From assembly GCF_009914755.1 (NCBI RefSeq), contig NC_060927.1: a DNA stretch of 64,000 bases; one strand, given 5' to 3'. Both the position numbers and the translations under genes were made by a program. Under the pieces are notes generated by a model that made no database searches, was not told where the DNA came from, and saw only the letters and a program-made list of their open reading frames with translations. The DNA is from the human T2T-CHM13v2.0 reference genome, Homo sapiens. Each line of letters starts with the position of its first letter. The first letter of the stretch is position 1. Below, piece by piece: positions 1 to 14,870 of the stretch.

Positions 1-50
1 ACCTCGGCCTCCCAAACTGTTGAGATTACAGGAATGAGCACCAGGGTCCA
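1..50 (-). mobile_element. Alu 5' end, cut by window edge
   Basis: acctcggcctcccaaactgttgagattacagg resembles the reverse complement of the Alu left-arm start. Confidence 0.85.
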
Positions 51-404
51 ACTAGAAAAGCCTTTCTAATTAGGATTCAAAATCCAGAGGGAACAAAAGA
101 TTGCTATATTTGACTACATAAATTTTTTTAAGTATTTGAATGACAAAATAAATATAAAATAAAATAAATATAATACAAAAGTCAAAAGACATTGACAAAC
201 TGGGAGAAAATCTTTGCAAAATATATCACAAATAGATAATATCCCTAATATAGAAAGAACTCTTAAAAACTGAGAGACAAAGAACCAAGTATCTGATGGA
301 AAAATGGGGGAAAGGTAGGAAAACAACTCAAATAAAAAGTGAAAAGTAGTCCTTTAAACATGAGAAAAGGTATTCAAAGTCACTTATAATCAAAGAAACT
401 TTAA

Positions 405-673
405 GACGTGGTTCATGTCTGTATTCTCAGCACTTTGGGAGACTGAGGAGGCCGGATCCCTTGAGCCCAGGAGTCAGAGACCACACTAAGCAACATGGCA
501 AAGCCCCATCTCTACAAAAAATACTAAAAATTAGCCGGGCATGGTGGCGCAGTTCTGTAGTCCCAGCTACCTGGTAGGCTACTTAGTAGTAGCTACAATG
601 AGCTGTGATCGCGTCACGGCACTCCAGCCCAGACAACAGGAGTGAGACCCTGTCTCAAGAAAAAGAAGAAAAA
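405..673 (+). mobile_element. AluJ with internal right-arm deletion
   Basis: cagcactttgggagactgagg, cttgagcccaggag (J-type), A-rich linker and tail. Confidence 0.9.
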
Positions 674-746
674 GGAATGTTAATAAAAATAACACTTAAA
701 TATAAATTTGGCACCTATTAGATAACTGAAAATTGTACAAGTATGA

Positions 747-1119
<373 letters not shown>

Positions 1120-1788
1120 TGGTATAACTTTTAAAGGAGGATTTAGCAATATCTAATAAAACTACTTATGCACATACTTTTGACTCCTGAAGTTATCCTG
1201 AACATATGCCTCCAACAATATGAAAATGTATATGTAATGTTATTCATTATAGCATTGTTTGCAACTGTACTTGGAAAACAATCTAAATGCCTATATGAGG
1301 AGAATGGGTGAATAAACTATGGCACCCACAAAGCGGAATACTACACCGCTATAAAAAATGACGAGGCAAAACTCTATGAACGGATAGGGAGTGATTTCCA
1401 AGATATAAAATCAAATGGAAAAGCAAAGTGCAAAAGTGTACCTATAGTATATGCTGCCTTTTATATAACAAATAAAAGGATACAACAAAATATATAGGGA
1501 TCTGCTCATTTGTGCAAAATGGAACACTAAAAGGATAAACTAGAATCTAATGAGAAAGATCACCTACAGAGAGGAGGTAAAAACAGGTGGAGAGAATAGG
1601 GAAATGAGAATGGAGGATCAAGAGTGAGATGCGGAATGGAACTTCTCTGAGTATACCATCTCCTGGATTGGAACATTTGACCCCAACTACCTCACTGCTA
1701 ACTTTTAGCATTTGATGCTTCTAAAAAGATAAATCTTGCATTTTATTCAAATTTTGTAATTTATCTCACTGAAAGAACTGATTCTTTT

Positions 1789-3903
<2,115 letters not shown>

Positions 3904-4409
3904 AAGAACTGATCTTTATTACCTATTATTATCAATGTCCTAAACATGACTGAGAAAGGATCTGTTTATCTAACTGATTCTTATACAGATTTCCATATAG
4001 TTATCCTGTTTCACCTCACCTGGCCCTACCCCTGGACCTTCAGAGGTATTTGGTGCCTGGAGTTCCTGAGGCTTCCGTGGTTCTGTCCCACAAATCATCT
4101 GGATCACCTTCCTCTTAACTTAGGTTCCAGTTTTCTTTTGTTTGCTATGTGCATCTATTTTCTAGCCTCGAAAATTTATCTTCTCTTCTGTACTTTTTGT
4201 TCATGTGAGTTTACACATTTCTTATTCCTCAGGTATGACTCTACTGGAGCCTTGGAAAAAGTGGAGATTAACCTGAATTTTGTATTTCTTTCTGATGGCC
4301 TCAGAGGCAGTGAGAGTACTTCAACAAGGTGATCAATGACAGGGGTTCCGAGATAAGGAAATTCCACTGGTTTCTTGAGTTTACAGTGTTCGTGTTGTGA
4401 GACAGTAGA

Positions 4410-4605
4410 TCTTAGTGTTTCAGAGCATGGTCTTTCCAGTTTCCAAACTGCATAGCCTCTGTGCCTAAACTTCCTCAGAATTAAAATGGATATAATTATA
4501 GTATCTACCTGCTAAGTTTCTTTTGAGAGTTAAATGACTTAATACCTGTAAAAAACACTTAGAATAGTGCCAGCCACAAAATAATTATTCAATATGTGTT
4601 AGTTT
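4410..4605 (+). mobile_element. MIR
   Basis: Core ctctgtgcct..ttcctc..taaaatggatataat..ttaaatga..cttagaatagtgcc. Confidence 0.8.
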
Positions 4606-4954
4606 GTATTACTTTTGCCAAAAAGCTCAAAGAACAGCAGCAATCACATCTATCCTCAACCAGCACAACCAAACAACCCACTGAAATCAAGCCAGTGTCA
4701 GGAGGTTTACTGGTCATTTGTGCTGTCAAGTATTAAACACCCAAGGCCATCTCACCAGTTTTTAATCTGGTGCCTAATTTTCTCATATCTATGGTGATAC
4801 ACTTAATTGCTATGAGGAAAAGACATGTAGTCCATTTTCTGATTATTTAATTTGTTTCTAATCAATTCACTATATATTCATTGATTATGCAAAGCACTGA
4901 GTTAGGTATATTGGGGGATAGAAAAATTTATAACTGTGATTGCCTTCTAGGAAC

Positions 4955-5447
4955 ATAATCATGCTGCTATAAAGACACATGCACACGCATGTTTATTGCA
5001 GCACTATTCACAATAGCAAAGACTTGGAACTGACCCAAATGTCTAACAATGATAGACTGGATTAAGAAAATGTGGCACATATACACCATGGAATAATATG
5101 CAGCCATAAAAAATGATGAGTTCATGTCCTTTGTAGGGACATGGATGAAACTGGAAATCATCATTCTCAGTAAACTATCACAAGAACAAAAAACCAAACA
5201 CTGCATATTCTCACTCATAGGTGGGAATTGAACAATGAGAACACATGGACACAGGAAACGGAACATCACACTCTGGGGACTGTTGTGGGGTGGGGGGAGG
5301 GGGGAGGGATAGCTTTAGGAGATATACCTAATGCTAAATGACGAGTTAATGGGTGCAGCACACCAGCATGGCACATGTATACATATGTAACTAACCTGCA
5401 CATTGTGCACATGTACCCTAAAACTTAAAGTATAATAATAAAAAAAA
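4955..5447 (+). mobile_element. L1PA3-like 3' end
   Basis: Near-consensus 3'UTR with G-rich tract, aatgctaaatgacgagttaatggg, gtaactaacctgcac, ccctaaaacttaaagtataataata and A tail. Confidence 0.92.
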
Positions 5448-5614
5448 GTGATAATAAATGAAACACTATATTTTATAAAAGATTTGAATAACAGTTAATG
5501 GCTAAAAATAGAATAGTTAGAGGTGATATAGGATTATTAAAATCTATTTGGAAAATTGAGTCATAATATTTCCATTGAAACTTTCCTGAATTATTTGAAT
5601 AAATTATGCATTGC

Positions 5615-6910
5615 CAGAGATGGATTTGTCATGAAATGAATGGAACTTTAGGACTCAGGGACCCTCACTTGCATGGAGCTCTTACAAGGCCCTAGAAAAA
5701 GTTCCAAAAATGTGTTCACATTTTCACACATCTATGGAAAATTTGGAAGAAAGATAGTTTAACCTTAATCAGTAAACACCACTGTCTCTCTACACTCTTA
5801 CTTCCCTTTCATCACTCTTCCCCTGTGACAGATGGCACTAGAGTGACTGTCGGCATTTTGGCGATCTCACAAAGGAGAATTTCAGAGGAGGATATATTTC
5901 ATTTGGGTTTAATGGGGTATGTATTATGTGGTTCACAATTGGTTCTGTGTATAGTGAGCTTATTGTTAACCATCCAGGTATAGAAATGGATTTCAGAACA
6001 CTTGCACCTCTCACTGTTTGAACTCACCCAGTTCCATGAAACAAATGGTATTAGAGTTCCTGTTCTATGAACATGCCCTACATCTCTCAGTATTGGAAGT
6101 CAGAATAATAGAGAAGAAATAATGTTTGAAATCTGCGTGATCAGGAGGCAGCCTGTGGAAATTTCTTACAGTCATCAGTGGTATAAAATTATAAGCAGTG
6201 CATTTAAATCTCATAGAGCCTAGAGAAAATAAAAATTACTACCTGACTGGAATATACTCAATAACACAGCACGTACAATTATAAACATATAACACATTTT
6301 TAAATGAGAATTGGGCACAAAGTTGAACTGCCCCAAATTCTTTTGTTTATAGGGCACATTCCTCTAACAGTGCTACAAAAAGCCAGGACATCAGAATGTG
6401 AAGTTGTCTGCAATGTGCATCTCAAGGTATTGTAGTATATCTTAGCATATCTGATGCATGTTGGCCTGAACTCTCTGACACATTCAGACAAACCAGTGAG
6501 TGAAATTACTACTAAGGCAACAAAACAGTCAGAAGAACCAAGTGCTCCAGTGACAAAAACTCCCATGCATATTGATCAGTAAGGCAATGTATGCAATTTA
6601 AGAGTAATGTGATTACACAATTATGTAGCTCAATACAATATAGCCACATTTTGTAAATGCATTTAATTTCCTTTTGTTTATGCCTTGATTTCAGATTAAA
6701 TATACATTTTATACTTATTGATCATATCAAAAGTCAAAGACTTACAGAGGTGTGCAAGGCAACTATGCAGTTAATAAAGATACTATGTTTTAAATGTGTT
6801 ATCTGTGGTATTTGTCAGCATTTTGTGATTTGCAAAATTTTGTGACTTTTTTCTTTTTCTAAATATATGTTACTTTCACATATAATTGTGTATTCATAAT
6901 TTGCTCTTCT
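5615..6910 (+). mobile_element. hAT-Tip100 DNA transposon fossil (Arthur1-like)
   Basis: Start cagagatggatttgtcatgaa..caggg.ccctcacttgca..caaggccct and end taattgtgtattcataattt resemble recalled Arthur1/MER69 termini; shares both ends with 14737-14870. Confidence 0.55.
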
Positions 6911-8984
6911 TCAAACCTACAATATAGAGTCATTGTGAGTTTGAGAGTGATTTGTAGGTGTATAGCCCTCAGTACAATGCCTACCTCACAAGTTCTCAAT
7001 TATTTCTAGCTCTAAGCATTGTGTATAATCAGCAGAGTTACTGTCATTCAGTAGATTCTAAGGGCTATCTCCTTCCTTCTTCACTATCTTGAAAAACATA
7101 TGTGATTGCCGTGGAACTCAGTGGCTCCATTGAATTACATAACTGGCTTTAACCAAGAAGCTGGACTACATGATATTTTAATGTTTTTCAACTCTAAGAT
7201 GTCACTAATGTATACCTGGCCAAGAATTGTAAGTTGGTAGAGTCATATATCACTCCAGGTATCAGAATGCTAAGATAAGAAGCATAGCTTCAAAACTTTA
7301 CAAGAACTTGGAGGGTACAACACATACAAACTTGAATGGAGTGATTCAAAAATATAAAAGAAAAACAACCAATATCCTATTTATTATTTATTCAAAAACT
7401 GCCTTTTTTATTGTTTAAAGCTTTTCCCTTTCTTCCCTCTACCCATGTCCATGCTAGTTCTAATATCCCTTTTACATTATTTTGAAATGCTAGTATTATT
7501 TTGTGCTTTAGAAATGCTTTTCTATGTTTTTACAATAATAATTTTCTTTTAAAATCCTAAAATGGGCTTCATTTTTCTCTATATTCACCTCTGTAGTTTC
7601 TCCCCTTACCGAGCTACTTGAGATATCTTTGTAAATTTCTTTATCTTTCACTCCAAGTCTTTAATAACTGCCTTTTTATTCTTCCCTGTCTTTTGTGTGT
7701 AATTCCCCCCATGTCATTTCTACTCCATTTTCTAACATCATCAACTGCACTATTAAATAGAAACACCCTCTAGGAAAAGCTAATTGCTTGGGGAATTTCT
7801 ATTCCCTAAAGCCTATGGGAAACTTTTGGAATCTCCTATTCATCTCAAGACTGAAATCCTACCTCAATCAGAGATAATTATTAAACTAAGCAAGAGGATT
7901 TCAATAGTCTTCTCAAATTGATCCCAAAGATGCCACCTGCAATGCTGCTGCCTCATTCAGTTTTAGCCACTTTCAATTAACTGAACAGCATAAAGCACTC
8001 CTGAGGGACTAGAAGCAAACAAAATCCAAATTACAAACAAGCAGAGATATCTGAAGCAATTAAGCCCTTGGTGGCTTAACTCCAGGGTGCCCAGAACTCT
8101 TGTTCAAGGCCAAGGACCCAATTGGAGTAGGTATATTAAGTCAGTTCAATCTTGTGAAGCAGTTAATATCTATTAAATTCAGGTGGTATAGACAGTTACG
8201 TTTCATAATTGATAAGAGAAAAAAAAAAAAACCTAGGGCCTCAATGATCTGATTTAACACTCTCTACAGCCCAGTTCTACAAGGTAATGTACAAATTTCC
8301 ACTTCACTTTGCAAACGTGGCCTCATTTACTTCCTAGCTTACTTAATACAATACTGTAAAACTGCATTTTATAACTTCTAAAAACCCCATCAAATAACCT
8401 AGGCCAAGCAGTTCTTTAAATGTGTGTGCCCCCAGAAGAACTAAGCAGTTCCCTTACATGTAATTTGGCAAATGTAAAGAAGAGTCAGTGGAGAGAAGGG
8501 GATAAAAAGGAGAGCAGCAGTTGGAAAAACTAAACAGAAAATGAAGCAAAGAAGTATATGCTTGTAAGTGGTTGAAGTAATGAAGTGACTGTAAAAAAAA
8601 TAAAAAGTCCTCAGAGTGAATCCCAATAGCTGTGAATATCTGAAGATAGGGGTCAGGGAAGCATTTCAAAGGTGCTTATGTTTTGACTGTGCACTGGATT
8701 ACAGAAGTCTTCTGCCAAGATTCAGGGAGGGAGGCAGATGTGAAGTCCCAATTCTTCCTCCCTCTCATTCTTCCCCCTCCCCTCCCCGTGTTATCATTGG
8801 TGAAGCAGCAGCAACTGAGGGAGAGTTCTGGGACTGAAGAGGCTTATCTGTAATAGCAGCTTATCTATGGCAAGCAGTAAACCTTGAAGTTAAAACTAAA
8901 GGAATTTTAGCCTCCCTGCCATTTCTCTTTTTTTTTTCAACCCTATTCCAGTTTGTTACTAGCCTCTTCCCCCTATTTTATGCA

Positions 8985-9600
8985 CTTCAATCAATCAAGC
9001 AAGCAATAAGAGCATATTCGGGCCCCACTGCGCTTCAGGAACCATGTGAGGCCTGAGGGCATGAAGATAGAGAGGTACTCTCTCTGATAACAGACCTTAC
9101 ATCATTATTGTGGACACAAGGCATAAACATTAAAGGACCAAATAAGGCAGGACATCAACATCAGGTACATATTGAGTTCTAGTACAGATGAGTGGGCTCT
9201 GAATTCAAAGGAGAAAGAGTTCAAGGTCCCTGGGGTTGGGCCCTGTGGTGGACCAAGAAAATAGATATGGTTTACTAGATGGAGTTAAGGAGATGGCATA
9301 TGTATACATATGTAACAAACCTGCACACTGTGCACATGTACCCTAAAACTTAAAGTATAATAAAAAAAAAAAAAGTACACAGCATGGGCAAAGACACTCA
9401 AAAATAAAGGGCTGGCTTTTGGAGGAAGTAAACCATCCTGGTGTGAGGAAAGACCCATGGCAATGATGTAAAGGAAAATTCAACTCAGATTCTGGAAGCC
9501 TTTGGATATCTATCTAAAGGATTTGGACCTTATTCTGATAGATGTAGGAAAACAACTAAATCTTTAAGGAAGAATATGCCTGCTTGGTTTTTTGTTCATA
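8985..9600 (-). mobile_element. L2 fragments
   Basis: Degenerate L2 motifs such as aaggatttggaccttattct and gcatgggcaaagac. Confidence 0.5.
9293..9374 (+). mobile_element. L1PA 3' tip (about 80 bp)
   Basis: atggcatatgtatacatatgtaacaaacctgcac..gtaccctaaaacttaaagtataat plus poly-A. Confidence 0.9.
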
Positions 9601-10544
9601 GATGTATGCAGGTATGCATGTGAATTCTTTCATTAACGTTTCATTTATTCCCTATCTTACCTCTGCAAAGGATCTGAGGTTTATAAGAACAGAAACCTAT
9701 AGCATCTGAAAGAACAGATAGGTAAGAATGTCAAAGGTAATTTTGAGGAGTACAAGAAACTAGACTTATGAAATTGATAATTCATATTTTCAAGGCAAAA
9801 TAATCTCAAATGTAGTGAAGGTATAAGAATAAACATAAATTGGTGGTTAAGAACAGACAGCACAAAGTAGATCTTAATATACATAATGATGTAATATATA
9901 AGGAGTCATAATAAATATGATTTGAATATATTATAATTTATAAATACATGTATAAATGAGTATAATAAGTATATTGAAAGATAATCACATTTATCACAAA
10001 GTTCAGTATCTCTAGGTTTATCCCCACTCACTGCAGAAATTCAAACTGTGGAACCCTCAGCAAGTGTCTTACATGCTCATTTTATGGACTAGTCCTTTAA
10101 GCTATAACATGGCATATATTACTGGACTTTTGTTTGTTTAAGGCCTCCTGATGGAATGCCTAGTGAAGGCAATGCCACAGCTAACAATGATCCATGCAAA
10201 AGCTACCCTGGCTGCAGCCACCCGTCTGTCTGTCTGCAGGCAGCCAGTTAAAGTGATGAGGCTAAGCTGTCTGCATGGAGGGCCCTGGCATGTGTCACTA
10301 CTACAGGTCTTAGTCTTAGTGCTGCCTACAATCATGGTAGGTGTCCCTAGCACATCTCCTTTGGAACACTGTGCCATCAATAAGTTACAGAGACAATAAT
10401 GGAAAAAAAAAAACTTGGTTTTCAGTCTTTTATTTATTGCAGCCTCCTCAACCATGAGCCAGCAAAAAGAAAGTGAGTGGGAGATTTGTTACATTCAGAA
10501 TCTTCCTTGCGTTTTGACAACTGTCCTTGAGCCATTGTGGCCTC

Positions 10545-10600
10545 TTCTCTCTCCTCCTCCTTCTCTCTCTCTCTCTCTCTCTCTCTGTGTCTCTCTCTCT
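10545..10600 (+). repeat. (CT)n-rich simple repeat
   Basis: Directly visible. Confidence 0.9.
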
Positions 10601-11379
10601 TTAGAATTTAGTACTCAAAAAGACTTAGAAGTAAGGTCTGCTAAGGTGGGAACCTGGTTTTGAGATGCCCTAGACCTAAGCCTAAACTGAGAACTTGCTA
10701 TGAAAGGAAAGCTGGACCAAAGTAGAAATATACACACTTCAATTTCTGAAGGTGGAATAGGCACCTTTATGTTTGAGAGCAGTAGTCCCATACCAAATAA
10801 CTATAGATGATTTCACAGAATGTAAGCTTTCTGGCACATCCTCTTCTGTTTTCTAATGACTATAAGAAAGAAAAATTCTGCTGAATCCAGAGCCTCTAGG
10901 CATGGTACCTGGAATCCAAGTCAATGTGGACAATGACAATAGTTTTGCAAACCTAATCTTAGCTTTAAAGAATCATTATTTTAAAATTATGTTAGTCATT
11001 AGAATACCCCATGTTACAGAAGTGGAGGAAGTCAACACACCTGCATTCCCATTAGCCTTCACTAGGCATTCCATCAGTAGTAAAAAGCCTATGTTTCTAA
11101 CTTCCCCAAACTTACTTCCCAAGATACACATAAGGGACCAACCAGTACCATTATCACATAGTAATAATTCTCCCCCAAAGAGCTAAGCAGATGCTATCTG
11201 GTCCCATAAGGATAAAGCATGTACATAGCAACAAGGCCATCTCAAGGTATCATATCACACACCAGATCAAAGTACAGCATCTTTTTTTCTATTTCAAACT
11301 TAGGGTTGTTCCTCACTGGTGATTTTCATCTACAACAACTTATATCTCAAAAGAAACCAAACCCAAACAAATATTTCAT

Positions 11380-11381
<2 letters not shown>

Positions 11382-11410
<29 letters not shown>
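11382..11410 (+). repeat. (TG)n microsatellite
   Basis: Directly visible. Confidence 0.95.
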
Positions 11411-11417
<7 letters not shown>

Positions 11418-13982
11418 TCTAAGACCTCTTTTGCTCAGCAGCAATTATGCTCAAACCTAGATAATAACTACTTTTGGAAGCCATTGTCTGATGATTAATC
11501 TTGGTTGGTGGAGACACAGAGAATAGGTGATGTGACTCAATAATGATTGTCCCTAGAAAACAAAATTTAAAAATCAAGGCTGTTTATAAAATAGAAAAGT
11601 GTTGACACCAGCTCTATATCATTAGTACTTCAATCTCACTCTTCTAAATATGAGAAAAACAGGCAAAAAGAGAGTTACATTGAAGTTCATAATAACACAG
11701 AGATATCTTCACATAAGAGTTCCTTCTCAAAGATGATGATAAGCAAAGTGAAGCCAGTTAGTCAATGAACAATAGGTATCCTTGACCATTTCTTGTGATG
11801 AAAAGTATGTTCCACCTTGCATTTCCTCCTAAGTTGCTTTTAAATTCTATTAGGGAATGCTCACAGATGGAACAATTAAAGTAGGTATTTTCTTATTTTC
11901 TTTGCATTCAGCTATCCCTCTAAGAGTGGGCCCATAAAGAATCTTGCAAATTAGATGTCCTAGAGGTAAAAATGTTAGTACCATAGCCAGTCCTAGCATT
12001 TAGACCTCATAAAATTATTGTGTCAGATAATGGGAGCAGGGACTATAAAGTTCAAGGGACTGTCAAGTTGAAATTAGACATGTAAAGAATCTGCATGCCC
12101 TTAGCTACAGGAATATAAACATAAAGATATAGAAGGTCAGTCTTTCTCAGTAGCTGAATCAAAGTTAAAAGACATACAATTTTAAGAATAACTCAAAAAA
12201 CTTCCCTGACATTAACTACCATCACATGGTCAGTGCACTTCTACCTCTACCCAAATTACTTTGCTTTATGGCCAGAACAGCAAATAACTAAAATCTCTGA
12301 ACATGAGAAACTTTGTGTCTTACAAGCTGGTTCTACGGTTGATATATAATGCTAAGTTTCAGTAAGTTGGTGATCAGATCAGATTCTTTGCATTCAGAAC
12401 CTATATCTTACCACATTTCAGATTTGTAGTCATTAAGACCGGGAAACAGAAAATACAGACTTTTTGTCTTCTGGCATTTGTGGTAAATTTAATCTATAAT
12501 GCCTGTATTAGTAACATTATTGGAGAAAAATGGGCCTTTATTATCTGGAGTAATAAGCGATATAGTAATTGGCCTTTTTATCAGGAAAAATAGTTTTCTA
12601 GAACAGTGCACAAAAAGAATAGTGCTCAATGAACAAGTCTTCTCCAGTAAATGATCATGTTGCAGGCACCTAAAGAAAGCATGATTGTGGTGGTGGTGGT
12701 GGTGATCACAAGTCTTATTGTTGGGATTCTATGTGTAATACCATTTACAGATTATTTTATTTTTGTAACCATAATCTTATTTCAGTTTGTTCTTTCTATT
12801 TCTATATTTAGTGTGACTTAGCCAAATCACCTCAGAACTGTTTAGGACCTAAAGAATCATCTCTCAGTTCCAATAGTAACTAAAGGTAAAAATGGTTTTG
12901 TCTGAGCTCAATTGGCAGACTATATTAACAGAAAGAAAAAAAAAATCATTAGAAATCAGTTAACAAGAATGTTGCTATTCCATAGGCGAACTCGGGCAAA
13001 AACAGAGAGTCCCACATACGGTTATTGAAGCTCCTGATACAAGGAAGTGACCATTTCTATATAGAATATTAACAGGGCAGAAGCCATGCATGAGAGCATG
13101 TAGGTAAGAGAGGAGATTCATAAGGTCCCAAAAAGGAAGGATTCAGTTGGCAGCATCTAACTAAAGGTCTTATTAATGAGGAAGGTCCTAATGAGGAAGA
13201 AGTTGAAATTAATGATGGAACCCTGGTTCATATCATTTTGTAATTGGGGCTGGTATTAATCAGTTATGAGAAAATGTAATTTATAACAGCAGGTATTAAA
13301 ATAATAATGTTTATGTGTCTTGTATACCTTATTTTCATATAAAATATATAAATGTACATAAAAATATAATATTTTGACATAGGAGCAGAGCTTTTATTGA
13401 GGGTCTGTTAGTTGCATTCTGAGTCACAGTTCTTTCATAAACCACAGCCACATGCATTGTTAATTGTTTTCTATTTCAGCATCTTGAAGTAAAACAATAA
13501 CCTAATTATGAGTACTTGTAAAGCAACCTGAATATAAAATCCTACTAGTTTTACATTTTTTTATTATCATTGTCTCACCCACCCCTGTGTCTATACATTT
13601 TTAATAACTCTCTTCCAACAAGTCTTACGTAAGCATTTCACTGTTTTTATAAAATCAATAATCCCTTTCTTTTCACATCTGTGCGTTATCAGTTTATGCT
13701 TTACTCTATTAGATTAAAACAAAATAAGCAATAAAAAAGTTTAGGGATAAACACAACAGAACATTTACTGGCACACAAATTGACTGGTGGGAGCAAGCAT
13801 GTCTGAGCATATTAGATAGGACATAGTAGCTATAACATCAAGCCTGACATGGACACTATTCAGCGTGTTTGACCAAATGAATGAAGAATTGCAGTTAATT
13901 GGAGCTCATTGAATATGAGCTGGTGTCTACTGTGTTTCACATAAATCTTCCTACACTAACTTCATAGAAAAGAAGTTAATTT

Positions 13983-14260
13983 ACATGCCTTTATTCCAAC
14001 ATTTTGGGAGGCCAAGGTGAGATTGCTTGAGCACAGGTGATTGAGACTAGTCTAGGCAACATGGCAAGAACCAGTCTTTACAAAAAGTACAAAAATTAGC
14101 TGGACATGTTGGCATGCACCTATGGTCCCAGCTACTCAGGAAGTTGAGGCAGGAGGATTGTTTGAGCCAGGGAGGTCGAGGGTTCAGTGAGCAGTTTTCA
14201 AACCATTGCATTCCAGCCTGGGTGAAAGAGTGAGACCCTGTGCTCCCAACCCTCCAAAAA
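13983..14260 (+). mobile_element. AluJ
   Basis: ttttgggaggccaagg, gattgcttgagc, ggaggtcgagg, gagtgagaccctgt. Confidence 0.88.
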
Positions 14261-14736
14261 CAAGAATTTATTTTAAATCTTCTTTCATTTTTTAATGAAA
14301 ATTTACCCCATTCATGCCAACCATTCTGGGGCACACTACCTGCGAAAGGTAGTAAAGTGAACCTACAATACAGGTAACAAAACGGGCTTTCTCTGGCTTA
14401 GCCTCACTAACCGAATTTTTGGATGATAAGCCCCATTGAATTCCTCTTGACTCGAGATTCCCAAAAGGTTACCTGGGTTCCTTACCCACAAATACAGGCT
14501 TCCTGGTTCCTGCACACAATCCTTCTCCTCTACTGCCTCCAACAATAGCTGGGAGAGTTCCAGATCACTGTGAAGGTCTTACGCTATTTCTCAGTTACTC
14601 TATTCTGTCCTCAGCATGAGTTATCTCTTGCTCCTGGCCCTAATCACAACAATGCAGCTTTCATTTCCAACATTACATCTTTGATTTCGAATCCTGCACC
14701 AGTGAACATTTGAGGCAGGACCAAGATATTTCAATC

Positions 14737-14870
14737 CAGAGTCATATTTATCATGATGCTGACAAAGCTTGAGTTTCAAGGCCCCTCATTTGCTCCATCT
14801 CTTTCAGGGCCATGTACCTAATTTTGTATTCTTAAAGAATCTTCTCTCAAATATGTAAGTTTAAGACCCT
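14737..14870 (+). mobile_element. Short hAT-Tip100 element (Arthur1A-like)
   Basis: cagagtcatatttatcatga..aagcttgagtttcaaggcccctc..tgtacctaattttgtattc. Confidence 0.55.

Noticed and set aside
4233-4328. Possible 96-nt exon after a pyrimidine tract (ttcctcag) within the 128-aa ORF
   Set aside because: Weak donor (AAG/gtgatc), unrecognised peptide, no partner exons
5286-5310. G-quadruplex-like tract
   Set aside because: Standard part of the L1PA 3'UTR
13174-13199. Short direct duplication taatgaggaag, and a similar one near 28822-28846
   Set aside because: Ordinary slippage duplications; no CRISPR-like repeat-spacer array
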